Below, one piece after another: positions 20,290 through 32,000 of a DNA stretch of 32,000 nt. Made by a program: the position numbers and the translations under genes. The stretch is from contig NC_002677.1 in the NCBI RefSeq assembly GCF_000195855.1, positions 450,001 through 482,000 on the forward strand, written 5' to 3'. Source of the DNA: Mycobacterium leprae TN (GTDB lineage Bacteria; Actinomycetota; Actinomycetes; Mycobacteriales; Mycobacteriaceae). Under the pieces are notes generated by a model. It searched no databases. It was not told the DNA's origin and saw only the letters and a program-made list of their open reading frames with translations. Each line of letters starts with the position of its first letter. Position 1 is the first letter of the stretch.

Positions 20290-20767
20290 GTACAGCCTGA
20301 GATCAGGAGCGGTCATCTGCGAACGTGTCGAGGACACCGTTGCGCTGGGGTCACGGTTGGGGGAACAGTTACGCGCGGGTGACGTGGTGGTGCTCTCCGG
20401 TCCGCTAGGTGCTGGAAAGACCGTGCTGGCCAAGGGTATTGCCGTGGCGATGGATGTCGACGGTCCGGTCATTTCGCCGACCTACGTGCTGGCGCGGGTG
20501 CACCTGCCGCGACGGCTCGGTACCCCGGCGATGATCCACGTCGATGTTTACCGGCTGTTGGACCATCGCGATGCCGATCTGGTGGGTGAGCTCGACTCAT
20601 TGGATCTAGACACCGATCTCGCCGAAGCGGTGGTGGTGATGGAGTGGGGTGCGGGTCTAGCTGAATGTCTAGCTGCGCGACACCTCGACATTCGTCTCGA
20701 ACGAGTCAGATACTCCGATGTGCGTATCGCTACCTGGCAGTGGGTGTGTTCCCGGGACCGTCCATGA
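20282..20767 (+). CDS. tsaE: tRNA threonylcarbamoyladenosine biosynthesis ATPase TsaE
   Basis: 161-aa ORF with Walker A VVLSGPLGAGKTVLAKGIA, SPTYVLARVH, IHVDVYRLLD, VVMEWG. Confidence 0.95.
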   Translation: MAEYSLRSGAVICERVEDTVALGSRLGEQLRAGDVVVLSGPLGAGKTVLAKGIAVAMDVDGPVISPTYVLARVHLPRRLGTPAMIHVDVYRLLDHRDADLVGELDSLDLDTDLAEAVVVMEWGAGLAECLAARHLDIRLERVRYSDVRIATWQWVCSRDRP

Positions 20768-21843
20768 GTATTGTCCTCGCCATCGACACCGCCACCGCGG
20801 CGGTGACGGCCGGCATCGTGGCATTCGATGGTCACGACTGTTTTACGCTCGCCGAGCGGGTCACCGTCGACGCCAAGGCGCATGTTGAACGCCTCACGCC
20901 GAACGTGTTGGTCGCTCTCGCTGATGCCGAGTTGGCAATGTGTGAGCTCGACGCCGTGGTGGTGGGCTGTGGTCCTGGTCCGTTTACCGGTCTGCGCGTT
21001 GGCATGGCAACTGCTGCTGCTTACGGGCATGCGCTGGGCATTCCGGTGCATGGTGTGTGCAGTCTGGACGCTATTGGTGTGCGAACCACCGGCGATACGC
21101 TAGTGGTTACTGATGCGCGCCGCCACGAGGTTTATTGGGCCCGTTATCGAGACGGAGTTCGCATCGCCGGTCCTGCCGTCGGCTCTCCCACCGATGTCGA
21201 TCCCGGCACCGCGCTGACGGTGGCCGGCTCGCCTGAGCACGCGGCGCTGTTCGGCCTGCCACTGTGCGAACCGATCTACCCGACGCCGGCTGGCTTGGTA
21301 GCCGCAGTGCCTGACTGGTCGGTGTCCCCGATCCCACTGGTAGCGTTGTATTTGCGTCGGCCGGATGCCAAGCCAATTACTGCCGACAACGAGCCCATAG
21401 TCATCGGTACGTTGACACCCGCCGACGTCGATCGGTGTGCCCAGCTGGAAAGCCAGTTCTTCGACGGCGACAACCCATGGCCGGCTGCAGCGTTCGACCG
21501 CGAACTGGCCAACTCATATAACTGTTACGTGGGTGCACGCACTGCTGACACGCTCGTCGGTTATGCTGGCATCACCCGCTTGGGCCACACCCCTCCATTC
21601 GAATACGAAGTGCACACCATCGCTGTAGATCCGGCATACCGAGGGCGCGGTGTCGGCCGCCGACTGCTGGGTGAGCTGCTGGATTTCGCCGGTAGTGGTG
21701 CGATCTACCTGGAGGTCCGCACCGACAACGAGACCGCCATTGCGTTATACCGCAGTGTGGGATTCGAACGGATCGGTCTACGCCCCCGCTACTACCCAGC
21801 CAGCGGTGCCGATGCTTACCTCATGCGAAGGGAGGCGCAATGA
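20764..21843 (+). CDS. tsaB-rimI: Fusion of TsaB (N-terminal) and RimI N-acetyltransferase (C-terminal)
   Basis: 359-aa ORF: [21 protein letters not shown]...[26 protein letters not shown]... (TsaB), then [47 protein letters not shown]...[28 protein letters not shown] (GNAT). 4-bp overlaps with tsaE and tsaD. Confidence 0.95.
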   Translation: MSIVLAIDTATAAVTAGIVAFDGHDCFTLAERVTVDAKAHVERLTPNVLVALADAELAMCELDAVVVGCGPGPFTGLRVGMATAAAYGHALGIPVHGVCSLDAIGVRTTGDTLVVTDARRHEVYWARYRDGVRIAGPAVGSPTDVDPGTALTVAGSPEHAALFGLPLCEPIYPTPAGLVAAVPDWSVSPIPLVALYLRRPDAKPITADNEPIVIGTLTPADVDRCAQLESQFFDGDNPWPAAAFDRELANSYNCYVGARTADTLVGYAGITRLGHTPPFEYEVHTIAVDPAYRGRGVGRRLLGELLDFAGSGAIYLEVRTDNETAIALYRSVGFERIGLRPRYYPASGADAYLMRREAQ

Positions 21844-22895
21844 CGATCTCTGCTGTGCCCGGCACGATTATCTTGGCCATCGAAACCTCTTGCGATGAAA
21901 CCGGTGTTGGTATTGCCTGCCTCGATGACTATGGCACCGTGACATTGTTGGCTGACGAGGTGGCTTCCAGCGTCGACGAGCAGGCCCGGTTTGGTGGTGT
22001 GGTGCCCGAGATTGCCTCACGGGCGCATCTAGAGGCTCTTGGCCCCACCATACGCTGCGCGCTTGCTGCTGCCGGCCTGACCGGTTCGGCCAAGCCAGAT
22101 GTTGTAGCCGCCACGATAGGGCCCGGGTTAGCCGGTGCTTTGTTGGTAGGAGTGGCTGCGGCTAAAGCGTACTCGGCTGCCTGGGGAGTGCCGTTCTACG
22201 CCGTGAACCACCTGGGTGGACACCTGGCTGCCGACGTCTACGAACATGGACCGTTGCCCGAGTGTGTGGCGCTACTGGTGTCTGGAGGCCATACCCACCT
22301 GTTGCAGGTGCGTTCACTTGGGGCGCCCATTGTCGAGCTGGGCAGTACCGTCGACGACGCCGCCGGTGAAGCTTACGATAAGGTCGCGCGCCTACTGGGA
22401 TTGGGTTATCCAGGCGGTAAAGTGCTAGACGACCTAGCTCGTACCGGCGATCGGGATGCCATTGTGTTCCCACGCGGCATGACTGGGCCGGCCGACGACC
22501 TAAACGCGTTCAGCTTTTCAGGGCTCAAAACCGCTGTCGCACGATATGTCGAGAGTCACCCCGACGCGCTGCCGGCCGATGTCGCCGCTGGGTTTCAGGA
22601 GGCTGTCGCCGATGTGTTGACCATGAAGGCGGTGCGTGCGGCGACCGGGCTCGGCGTTTCCACTTTGTTGATCGTCGGGGGAGTGGCCGCGAATTCGCGG
22701 CTGCGCGAGCTAGCCGCGCAGCGCTGCGCGGCGGCGGGGCTGATGCTGCGGATCCCAGGGCCGCGGTTCTGCACCGACAACGGGGCGATGATCGCCGCGT
22801 TCGCCGCACATCTGCTGGCTGCGGCCGCGCCACCGTCACCGTTGGATGTGCCCAGCGACCCGGGCCTTCCGGTGGTAAAAAGGCAGATTAATTGA
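21840..22895 (+). CDS. tsaD: tRNA threonylcarbamoyladenosine synthase subunit TsaD (Gcp/Kae1)
   Basis: 351-aa ORF with [70 protein letters not shown]. Confidence 0.97.
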   Translation: MTISAVPGTIILAIETSCDETGVGIACLDDYGTVTLLADEVASSVDEQARFGGVVPEIASRAHLEALGPTIRCALAAAGLTGSAKPDVVAATIGPGLAGALLVGVAAAKAYSAAWGVPFYAVNHLGGHLAADVYEHGPLPECVALLVSGGHTHLLQVRSLGAPIVELGSTVDDAAGEAYDKVARLLGLGYPGGKVLDDLARTGDRDAIVFPRGMTGPADDLNAFSFSGLKTAVARYVESHPDALPADVAAGFQEAVADVLTMKAVRAATGLGVSTLLIVGGVAANSRLRELAAQRCAAAGLMLRIPGPRFCTDNGAMIAAFAAHLLAAAAPPSPLDVPSDPGLPVVKRQIN

Positions 22896-22935
22896 GCTAG
22901 ACACGCCAACAGCCAGGAAGCAGCGGGCCGGCCTT

Positions 22936-22967
22936 GAGTGCTAGCACTCGCGTGTATAGAGTGCTAG
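22936..22967 (+). promoter_or_regulatory. CIRCE-type HrcA operator upstream of groES, with an extra half-site
   Basis: CTAGCACTC-N9-GAGTGCTAG at 22941-22967 (consensus TTAGCACTC-N9-GAGTGCTAA); the preceding GAGTG makes GAGTGCTAGCACTC at 22936-22949 a perfect 14-bp palindrome. Confidence 0.9.
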
Positions 22968-23176
22968 ATGGCAGTCGGCCAGACCCCAGTGTCGGCACCC
23001 GCGACGACGATGCGAGGGTACGGGCGAATGCCGAATCACCTGATAATTCGGTCGGTTCGGGGTAAGCCCTGGACCGACCGCCAAGTGCCGGTCCGGGACC
23101 TGCGTCCCGAACCCGCTACCAACACAGTCCGGGACGCAGGTCCCGGGCCCGATCGAAATAGTGGAGGGCTCCAATC

Positions 23177-23479
23177 GTGGCGAAGGTGAAGATCAAGCCA
23201 CTCGAGGACAAGATTCTCGTACAGGCCGGCGAGGCCGAGACCATGACCCCGTCCGGTCTGGTCATTCCTGAAAACGCCAAGGAGAAGCCGCAGGAAGGCA
23301 CCGTTGTCGCAGTCGGCCCCGGCCGGTGGGACGAAGACGGCGCGAAGCGGATCCCGGTGGACGTGTCGGAGGGTGACATCGTTATCTACAGTAAGTACGG
23401 CGGCACTGAGATCAAGTACAATGGCGAGGAATACCTGATCCTGTCGGCACGTGACGTGCTGGCTGTCGTATCCAAGTAA
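23177..23479 (+). CDS. groES: Co-chaperonin GroES (Cpn10)
   Basis: 100-aa [58 protein letters not shown]... Confidence 0.98.
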   Translation: MAKVKIKPLEDKILVQAGEAETMTPSGLVIPENAKEKPQEGTVVAVGPGRWDEDGAKRIPVDVSEGDIVIYSKYGGTEIKYNGEEYLILSARDVLAVVSK

Positions 23480-23490
23480 CGAACCGTGTT

Positions 23491-23537
23491 CCGCCCCGGC
23501 GATCCCCGTGCTTAACCACGGGTGATTTCCGGGGCGG
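23491..23537 (+). promoter_or_regulatory. Nested stem-loop in the groES-groEL1 intercistronic region
   Basis: Outer stem CCGCCCCGG (23491-23499)/CCGGGGCGG (23529-23537); inner stem CCCGTG (23505-23510)/CACGGG (23517-23522). Confidence 0.6.
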
Positions 23538-23548
23538 CATGCGTTTAA

Positions 23549-25171
<1,623 letters not shown>

Positions 25172-25188
25172 ACAGCCAGTGCGTACCC

Positions 25189-25223
25189 CTAGAAAGACCC
25201 CCGGATACCGGGGGTCTTTCTAG
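25189..25223 (+). terminator. Strong hairpin just downstream of groEL1, likely transcription terminator (no clear U-tract)
   Basis: Perfect 16-bp stem CTAGAAAGACCCCCGG / CCGGGGGTCTTTCTAG with ATA loop, 18 bp after the groEL1 stop. Confidence 0.75.
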
Positions 25224-25368
25224 TTGATATGCGTTCGGTTTCACAGCAGAGGGCAATACGCTGCCAAAGTTAGCGGAGACCCCCGTCGTGCCGAGCTGGC
25301 CGGGGCCAAGCTGTTACGAGGACTCCCTTCGCCGGTTACCCGCTTTCGCCATAGCCGATCTCCGACTG

Positions 25369-25429
25369 GCTGCCCAATCCCCCAGGTCAACAGCATCGGC
25401 AACGCTGTTGACCTGGGGGATTGGGCAGC
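25369..25429. repeat. Perfect 26-bp inverted repeat with 9-nt loop
   Basis: Left arm GCTGCCCAATCCCCCAGGTCAACAGC (25369-25394), loop ATCGGCAAC, right arm GCTGTTGACCTGGGGGATTGGGCAGC (25404-25429). Confidence 0.95.
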
Positions 25430-25770
25430 TAAGAAGCTGCCCTACACTCAACTCGTTATTCGGGGGGTCGGCTGCACCACGGTCGTCCGGTGCCTATTTC
25501 ACTGGCCCGCGTCGCCTTAGCCGAACTCGCGCGTGACTCGATTGGACATGTTCACAGGACCCAGCGATATCAAGCTGCGCACCTGCCACGGCCCCGGATG
25601 CGTGGTATATATTTTGTCTATTTTGTCAGATCTCACCCTCGCCGCGAATGGTGCTCGGAAACCTGTGGTAAACGCGGCCAGGACGCGCGACGCTACCGAC
25701 GGATTAGCGTCCACGCAATTTAGGTTGACCTAGGGTGGCTTGCAACCGGTGCTGGTCCAAGCCAGGTTTA

Positions 25771-26079
25771 TTAGGCGCTGCGAGGGATACTGCGGCTGCG
25801 CGCGAGATCGCCCTTGAGGAGTAGGTCGCGCTCGGATTCGGACAAACCGCCCCAAACGCCGTAGGGTTCGCCGACGTCCAGCGCATGAGCACGACATTCC
25901 TCGATAACCGGACAGCGCCGGCACATTTCCTTAGCGCGCTGCTCGCGTTGCATACGGGCACGGCCACGCTCCCCGTCGGGATGGAAGAACATTGATGAAT
26001 CAACGCCGCGACACAGGCCTTGCAGTTGCCAGTTCCAGATAGTGGCGTTGGGCCCAGGTAGCTGCTTAGGCTGTGGCAT
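25771..26079 (-). CDS. whiB3: WhiB-family Fe-S transcriptional regulator WhiB3
   Basis: 102 aa from MPQPKQLPGPNATIWNWQLQGLCRGVDSSMFFHPDGERGRARMQREQRAKEMCRRCPVIEECRAHALDVGEPYGVWGGLSESERD; four conserved Cys and GVWGG motif. Confidence 0.97.
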   Translation of the reverse strand: MPQPKQLPGPNATIWNWQLQGLCRGVDSSMFFHPDGERGRARMQREQRAKEMCRRCPVIEECRAHALDVGEPYGVWGGLSESERDLLLKGDLARSRSIPRSA

Positions 26080-26439
26080 TACGTATTCCCTCTCTGCACG
26101 GTACGCCCAAGTGGAGGGTGGGTTCACAAACGTACGTGAGTGTGCACACTGATTTTGGAGTGGCGTCATCGATGACTACCCGACAACATTAGACGGTAAG
26201 TGGGCTGACGAATTAGAGTCAATAGCCACTCTCCGCGGCAAAATGTGTAAGGGTTGCACGAGAATTAATACTGCGTTCATCTCCGACGTTTTCGCCGAAT
26301 GTAAAACTTGCTGTACGGAGGAGCCTATCGATGCCAAGTTTTTCCAGTTCCGAGTCCTTATGTCTAGGCTTCGGCAATTAGGCTACGGGTGGACCTGGGT
26401 TAATATTTCGGTAACGTAGACACTACACAGATTGGACTA

Positions 26440-27285
26440 GTGACCTCGGTTAGCATTGTGGTTGAAATTGGTCACACTTCGGCGGCTGAGCCAATGCTTG
26501 CTGCCGCTGCCTTTGGAAACCAGCCGGGCCGTTGGCCGTTGCCGACGGCTACTACACCTCACCAACTGTGGTTGCGAGCCGTTGCGGCCGGTGGGCAGGG
26601 TCACTACAGCAGCGCCTACCGCGACCTGGCGGTGTTGCGACGCAGCGTTCCGGCCGGGAGGCTGGCCTCGCTGGCGCACAGTACACACGGATCGTTCTTG
26701 CGCCAACTCGGTTGGCACTCGTTGGCGCGGGGTTGGGATGGTCGTGCCCTGGTGCTGGCTGGCACCGATTCCGAGGCTCGTGCCGATGCATTGATCGGGC
26801 TGGCGGCCGACGCGCTCGGCGTCGGCCGTTTGGCCGCCGCGGCGACATTGTTGAGGCGCGTAGGCTCGGCGCTAGCTCCGGCACAATTGCCGGCTCAGGT
26901 GGCGGACCGGTTGGCGGTGCGTCGGCGCTGGGTGGCCGCTGAATTAGCGATGGCCGTAGGTGACGGGGCGACTGCTGTGCGTCACGCCCGGGAAGCGGTT
27001 GAACTGGCCCAGGTTGGGAGAGTCGTGTCGGTGCGGCACCAGGTCAAAAGTGATGTCGTGCTGGCCGCCGCCCTATGCAGCGCCGCCACTGAGCGCGCCC
27101 GCGTCGTCGCTGAGGCGGCACTGGCGGCCACTGGCCGATTAGGGTTGATACCACTTCGCTGGGCACTGGCTTGCTTGCTGATCGATATCGGAAGCGTCAC
27201 GTTTAGCGAACCGGAGTTGTCCGAGCTTCGCGATGTCTGCGCAGACCAGGTGCGGCGTGCCGGTGGAACCTGGCGTACCGCGTGA
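26440..27285 (+). CDS. Conserved hypothetical protein (Rv3415c-like, TPR-like helical repeats)
   Basis: Intact 281-aa Ala-rich ORF MTSVSIVVEIGHTSAAEPMLAAAAFGNQPGRW...; located between whiB3 and sigD as in M. tuberculosis. Confidence 0.85.
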   Translation: MTSVSIVVEIGHTSAAEPMLAAAAFGNQPGRWPLPTATTPHQLWLRAVAAGGQGHYSSAYRDLAVLRRSVPAGRLASLAHSTHGSFLRQLGWHSLARGWDGRALVLAGTDSEARADALIGLAADALGVGRLAAAATLLRRVGSALAPAQLPAQVADRLAVRRRWVAAELAMAVGDGATAVRHAREAVELAQVGRVVSVRHQVKSDVVLAAALCSAATERARVVAEAALAATGRLGLIPLRWALACLLIDIGSVTFSEPELSELRDVCADQVRRAGGTWRTA

Positions 27286-27378
27286 CATGGCATCTGGCCG
27301 TTATTGCTTAGCTGTGTCTTAGCCTGAGATGTGTCCGGGACCGTAGCGTTGGCGAGACCGCCGTAATTATAGTTTAAA

Positions 27379-27958
27379 ATGGGACCGTCTCGATACTGTG
27401 GTGGCTGAGGCCGTGACTGGCGATCAGGAATGCACTTCGCGAAGTGCTGGAGACCATTCGCTCGATCGTCGTGCGATATTGCCGCGCTCGAATCGACCGA
27501 ATCGACACGGTTGAGCGGAGTGGTCTGTCAGCCGACGATTTGGCACAGGAGGTTTGCTTGGCGGCCATAATCGCGCTGCCCAGCTACCGGGACCGGGGGA
27601 TGCCCGTTTTCCTGGCCTTTCTGCATGGCATCATCGCCCACAACGTAGCTGACGCCCATCGGTCTGCCGGCCACGGTTTTTGCCTATCTAGCCGGAGCAG
27701 TTCCCGAGCGCTGGTCGGCCGACGCGGGCCCGGAGCAGCTGTTCATCCAAGCCGATTCGGTCACACTGATGAACGAACTGCTCGAGATCTTGCCTGCCAA
27801 GCAGCGCGATATTCTCATCCTGCGTGTGGTCGTCGGCCTGTCTGCCGAGGAGATCGCCGCCGCTGTAGGCAGCAATACCGGGACGGTCCGGGGTAGCCCA
27901 GCACCGCGCGTTGTTGCGGTTGACGTCCGAGATCGTCGCGGCGGGTGATTATGCCTGA
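27379..27958 (+). pseudogene. sigD: ECF sigma factor SigD remnant, frameshifted
   Basis: LREVLETIRSIVVRYCRARIDRIDTVERSGLSADDLAQEVCLAAIIALPSYRDRG.PVFLAFLHGIIAHNVADAHR, then in other frames PERWSADAGPEQLFIQADSVTLMNELLEILPAKQRDILILRVVVGLSAEEIAAAVGSNTGTVR and EIVAAGDYA*. Confidence 0.92.
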
Positions 27959-28737
27959 ATTTGGTTATGCGCTTCCGGAGCAGCTCGCTTTGGACGAGGT
28001 GGCCCGCATGATCTGCTCTTAGATGTGTTCGCCGAACGTCATAGTCGACGTCGACGATCCCGGTGGATGACATGCTGGCCGCGTTGTTGGCGGACTGACG
28101 TGATGACTTGAGGTGGGGGCCCCACCGGCCAGCGCATTGGTGTCCTAAGGTGAGGCCGTCGAGGCGCTGTGCACTGGGATTGCAGAGCCGGCTCACTCCT
28201 CGCGGCCTGGGAGCGGTCGGATCAGTGGCAGTGACTCTGCTAGTTCTGAGTGGACTGGTCGCCGTGGTGGCTGATACCCGTCCCGGACGGATATTGTCCG
28301 GATTGCATACGATGTTCTTGAACACACCCGCAAGTCAATAATAATCAAATTGTGTTGTCCGCCAAGACCGAACTGGCCAAGGTTCAACAAATGATCTGAT
28401 CGCCTAAGGCCAATGGTATCAGACTGAGAATCAGTTGGCTGAGGTTAGCAGCAGCGTGTAATCGATAGAAGACGATAACCGCAGAGATGACCTGATGAAT
28501 GAAATAAATCTGTTGAACACGAAGGTGGAGACCCACAACCCGAATGCCTCGTTGCCGGTGCCGGCCGCCTCAACCACCTTGACCACTAAGCCTCTGCTGG
28601 AGGCGGGCATAACCGGTTCCTGCGCCGCCTGGCTAGTCCTCGACCTAGTTGTCGATTCCACCGGCGAGCCAACACCACCATCACAGGCTGTCGCAAGTTT
28701 CTTCTTCAGAGCCGCCCGGCGTCATGCTCTAAGCTAA
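27950..28737 (+). pseudogene. rsdA: Anti-SigD factor RsdA (Rv3413c) remnant
   Basis: Directly follows sigD; fragments MPEFGYALPEQLALDEVAR, AVGSVAVTLLVLSGLVAVVADTRPGRILSGLHTMFLN, IVLSAKTELAKVQQMI, NEINLLNTKVETHNPNASLP in different frames with stops. Confidence 0.85.
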
Positions 28738-29511
28738 AGCGGTGCCGTGACTTTACCGAGGCAAGTGATGCGGCCACCACCGCCTTCCAAGATTATTCAC
28801 CTGCTGCGTGGTCAGTTACATGGCTCTGACCTTGGTGCTGTATGGCACAACAAACGTCGTTCGTTTGCTTCATAAGCTTACATCCGCATATATCGCATTG
28901 TACTGTCCATTTGTTGGGTGATTCATGTATCGGGGTTGGTTCGCGGATCTGATCAGTACACTGTTCGGGCTCGGTTTATTTGGAGTTGGCCGCGGGGATT
29001 GGGCACCTTCATCTCGAAGACACGATGGTGCAAGCGTGCTGTCGACCGGTTCTGCTGGATTCTGGATTTAAATTGTTTGGCGGGGTGCCTGATGTCGATT
29101 GCCTATGGGTGGTCCTAGCGCTGCTGTCGCTGTGGACTGTGCGATGTGAGATCAAAAGCGTTTGAAAACAAGTCTGAAAAAAGCAGAACGAGAAAAGGTG
29201 CAGGAGTCACATGAATGGTGGGTTTGGTAGCCGGCTGGGTTCTGCAGGGTTGATGGCAGATGTCGTTGTTGTGCTGATGGCAGGGTCTAGTGGCGTGGTC
29301 TATGCATCTGGGGAAGCGGGGTGTCTTACCAGTTGCCTTGGCTAGATAGCCAACCGCGAGGACTTGTCGTGGCCGTAATTTCACCGGCGTGGACTTTAGG
29401 GACGTTAGGTTTGATGTAGCCGATCTGCGCGGCACGGACTTAACCAAATACTAATCTGCGTGGGGCGGGTCCACAGTAAGCCATCAGACGTAGCTGAGCG
29501 GTGCATATAGT

Positions 29512-29841
29512 GTGGACAACACTACGGCATTTCGACGGGTTGATGGGGGACCCAGATGTGCCCTCATCGTTTTACACGCGGGGACTAACTTCCCCTACTT
29601 CGTTCTCAGTGGCGTAAATCCAGGACTTCTCTCGGTTCCAGCTAGAAGCTATTACCCAAGGGGTGAGCATAGACTAGTGCATGAGTATCGACACCCGGCC
29701 ACAGTTCTCACATCAGTAAACGGTAAGCCAGTTGACTTGTGGGTGTTGCGTCCCAGCCGTGCTATGCATGAGCTGGATTGTTATAATTTCTACACCTCTG
29801 ATCACCCGAACAGCAGCGACTACACAACGGTTCATTATTAG
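29512..29841 (+). other. Unassigned 109-aa open reading frame (GTG start)
   Basis: MDNTTAFRRVDGGPRCALIVLHAGTNFPYFVLSGVNPGLLSVPARSYYPRGEHRLVHEYRHPATVLTSVNGKPVDLWVLRPSRAMHELDCYNFYTSDHPNSSDYTTVHY; no family recognised and no strong RBS. Confidence 0.25.
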
Positions 29842-30092
29842 GTTCATATTATTAGATGTGAATGACAGTTGACGTTAGCTGCTAGGAGCATCTGTGTGTC
29901 GTTGCTGTGTTATTCCTGGGGTCTTTTGGACGGGGTGCATGACACACACACAACCGTGACATCTTGAAGGGCGATTGCCCGAGGTGGTTGCTAGACGCTC
30001 TGCCTCAGCATTAACCGTGTGGTCGGCTAGCTACTACGTAGTCAGTGCTACTAGTTTTTCGGGCCGATTGATCGAGCGCAAATGCTGCGTCA

Positions 30093-30506
30093 TCAGTGAC
30101 GGCGGCGATAGCCATCCGCGTCTGATGTCGCTTGGTTTAGCGATGCATCTGCGTATCCCCGGCAATAATCCCACGTGACGTAGGAGTCCGGTTCGGGGTC
30201 GTAGGCCGGCTCGTGCGGGCGGACAGTGCCGTCGATCAGTAGTTGCAGCAGGTTGGCACGCAGCATGTCCCAGTCGTGATAGTGGTCTTGTTGACATTCG
30301 TCACAGCACACCACAAGTCCACGAATTCCCTTATGCGCCAACAGTGCCTCGTAAACGGCCAGGTCGGCCAGGTCGGCTTCGACCGCAATCCGCTCCTGCT
30401 GGTCTAGCGGTTGACCTGGCTCTACGGCATCGAGCGCCGCCGACGGATCGCAGGGGTCGTCAGCAAACGGGTCGGGTGGCAAACCCGGTGGTAGGTGGTC
30501 ACGCAC
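30093..30506 (-). CDS. Conserved hypothetical protein (Rv3412-like, DUF5319-type)
   Basis: 137-aa ORF MRDHLPPGLPPDPFADDPCDPSAALDAVEPGQPLDQQERIAVEADLADLAVYEALLAHKGIRGLVVCCDECQQDHYHDWDMLRANLLQLLIDGTVRPHEPAYDPEPDSYVTWDYCRGYADA. Confidence 0.9.
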   Translation of the reverse strand: MRDHLPPGLPPDPFADDPCDPSAALDAVEPGQPLDQQERIAVEADLADLAVYEALLAHKGIRGLVVCCDECQQDHYHDWDMLRANLLQLLIDGTVRPHEPAYDPEPDSYVTWDYCRGYADASLNQATSDADGYRRRH

Positions 30507-30618
30507 GCCTCTAGCCTACGCAGGCAGGCAGCAATAATGCCAGCAGCCAAGACCGATGTTGTTTCATCACCGGCACAACACCCGGCCAAGCGAGCCCAGA
30601 GGATTGGTAAGCCTATAA

Positions 30619-32000
<1,382 letters not shown>

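Overview
This 32 kb window looks like chromosome from a leprosy bacillus (Mycobacterium leprae or the close relative M. lepromatosis). I infer this from protein sequences I recognise (GroES, GroEL1, RplM, WhiB3) and from the mix of intact housekeeping genes and extensively decayed orthologues of M. tuberculosis genes. I ran no database search; Rv-number assignments come from recalled sequences and gene order. Left part (about 1-6.3 kb): a chain of pseudogenes matching the M. tuberculosis cholesterol/KstR and mce4 locus (fadD17-fadE27-fadE26 on -, fdxD-Rv3502c-yrbE4A-yrbE4B-mce4A on +). It is abruptly joined at about 6.32 kb to remnants of the ESX-4 genes esxU and esxT. Middle: rplM, rpsI, glmM, a decayed stretch, an F420-dependent oxidoreductase pseudogene, an alpha/beta-hydrolase-like gene, glmS, nnr, gadB pseudogene, alr, a probably dead alpha/beta hydrolase, tsaE, a tsaB-rimI fusion, tsaD, groES-groEL1. 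Right: whiB3, an Rv3415c-like gene, sigD and rsdA pseudogenes, an Rv3412-like gene, and the 5' portion of guaB2 running off the end. I found no CRISPR array, defence island, transposase or obvious new multi-gene system. The most interesting unexplained signals are a perfect 26-bp inverted repeat with a 9-nt loop overlapping a second, competing hairpin between groEL1 and whiB3; a KstR-like operator left between dead genes; the TsaB-RimI fusion; hydrolases with altered catalytic motifs; and an unexplained segment of about 1.3 kb between rsdA and the Rv3412-like gene.
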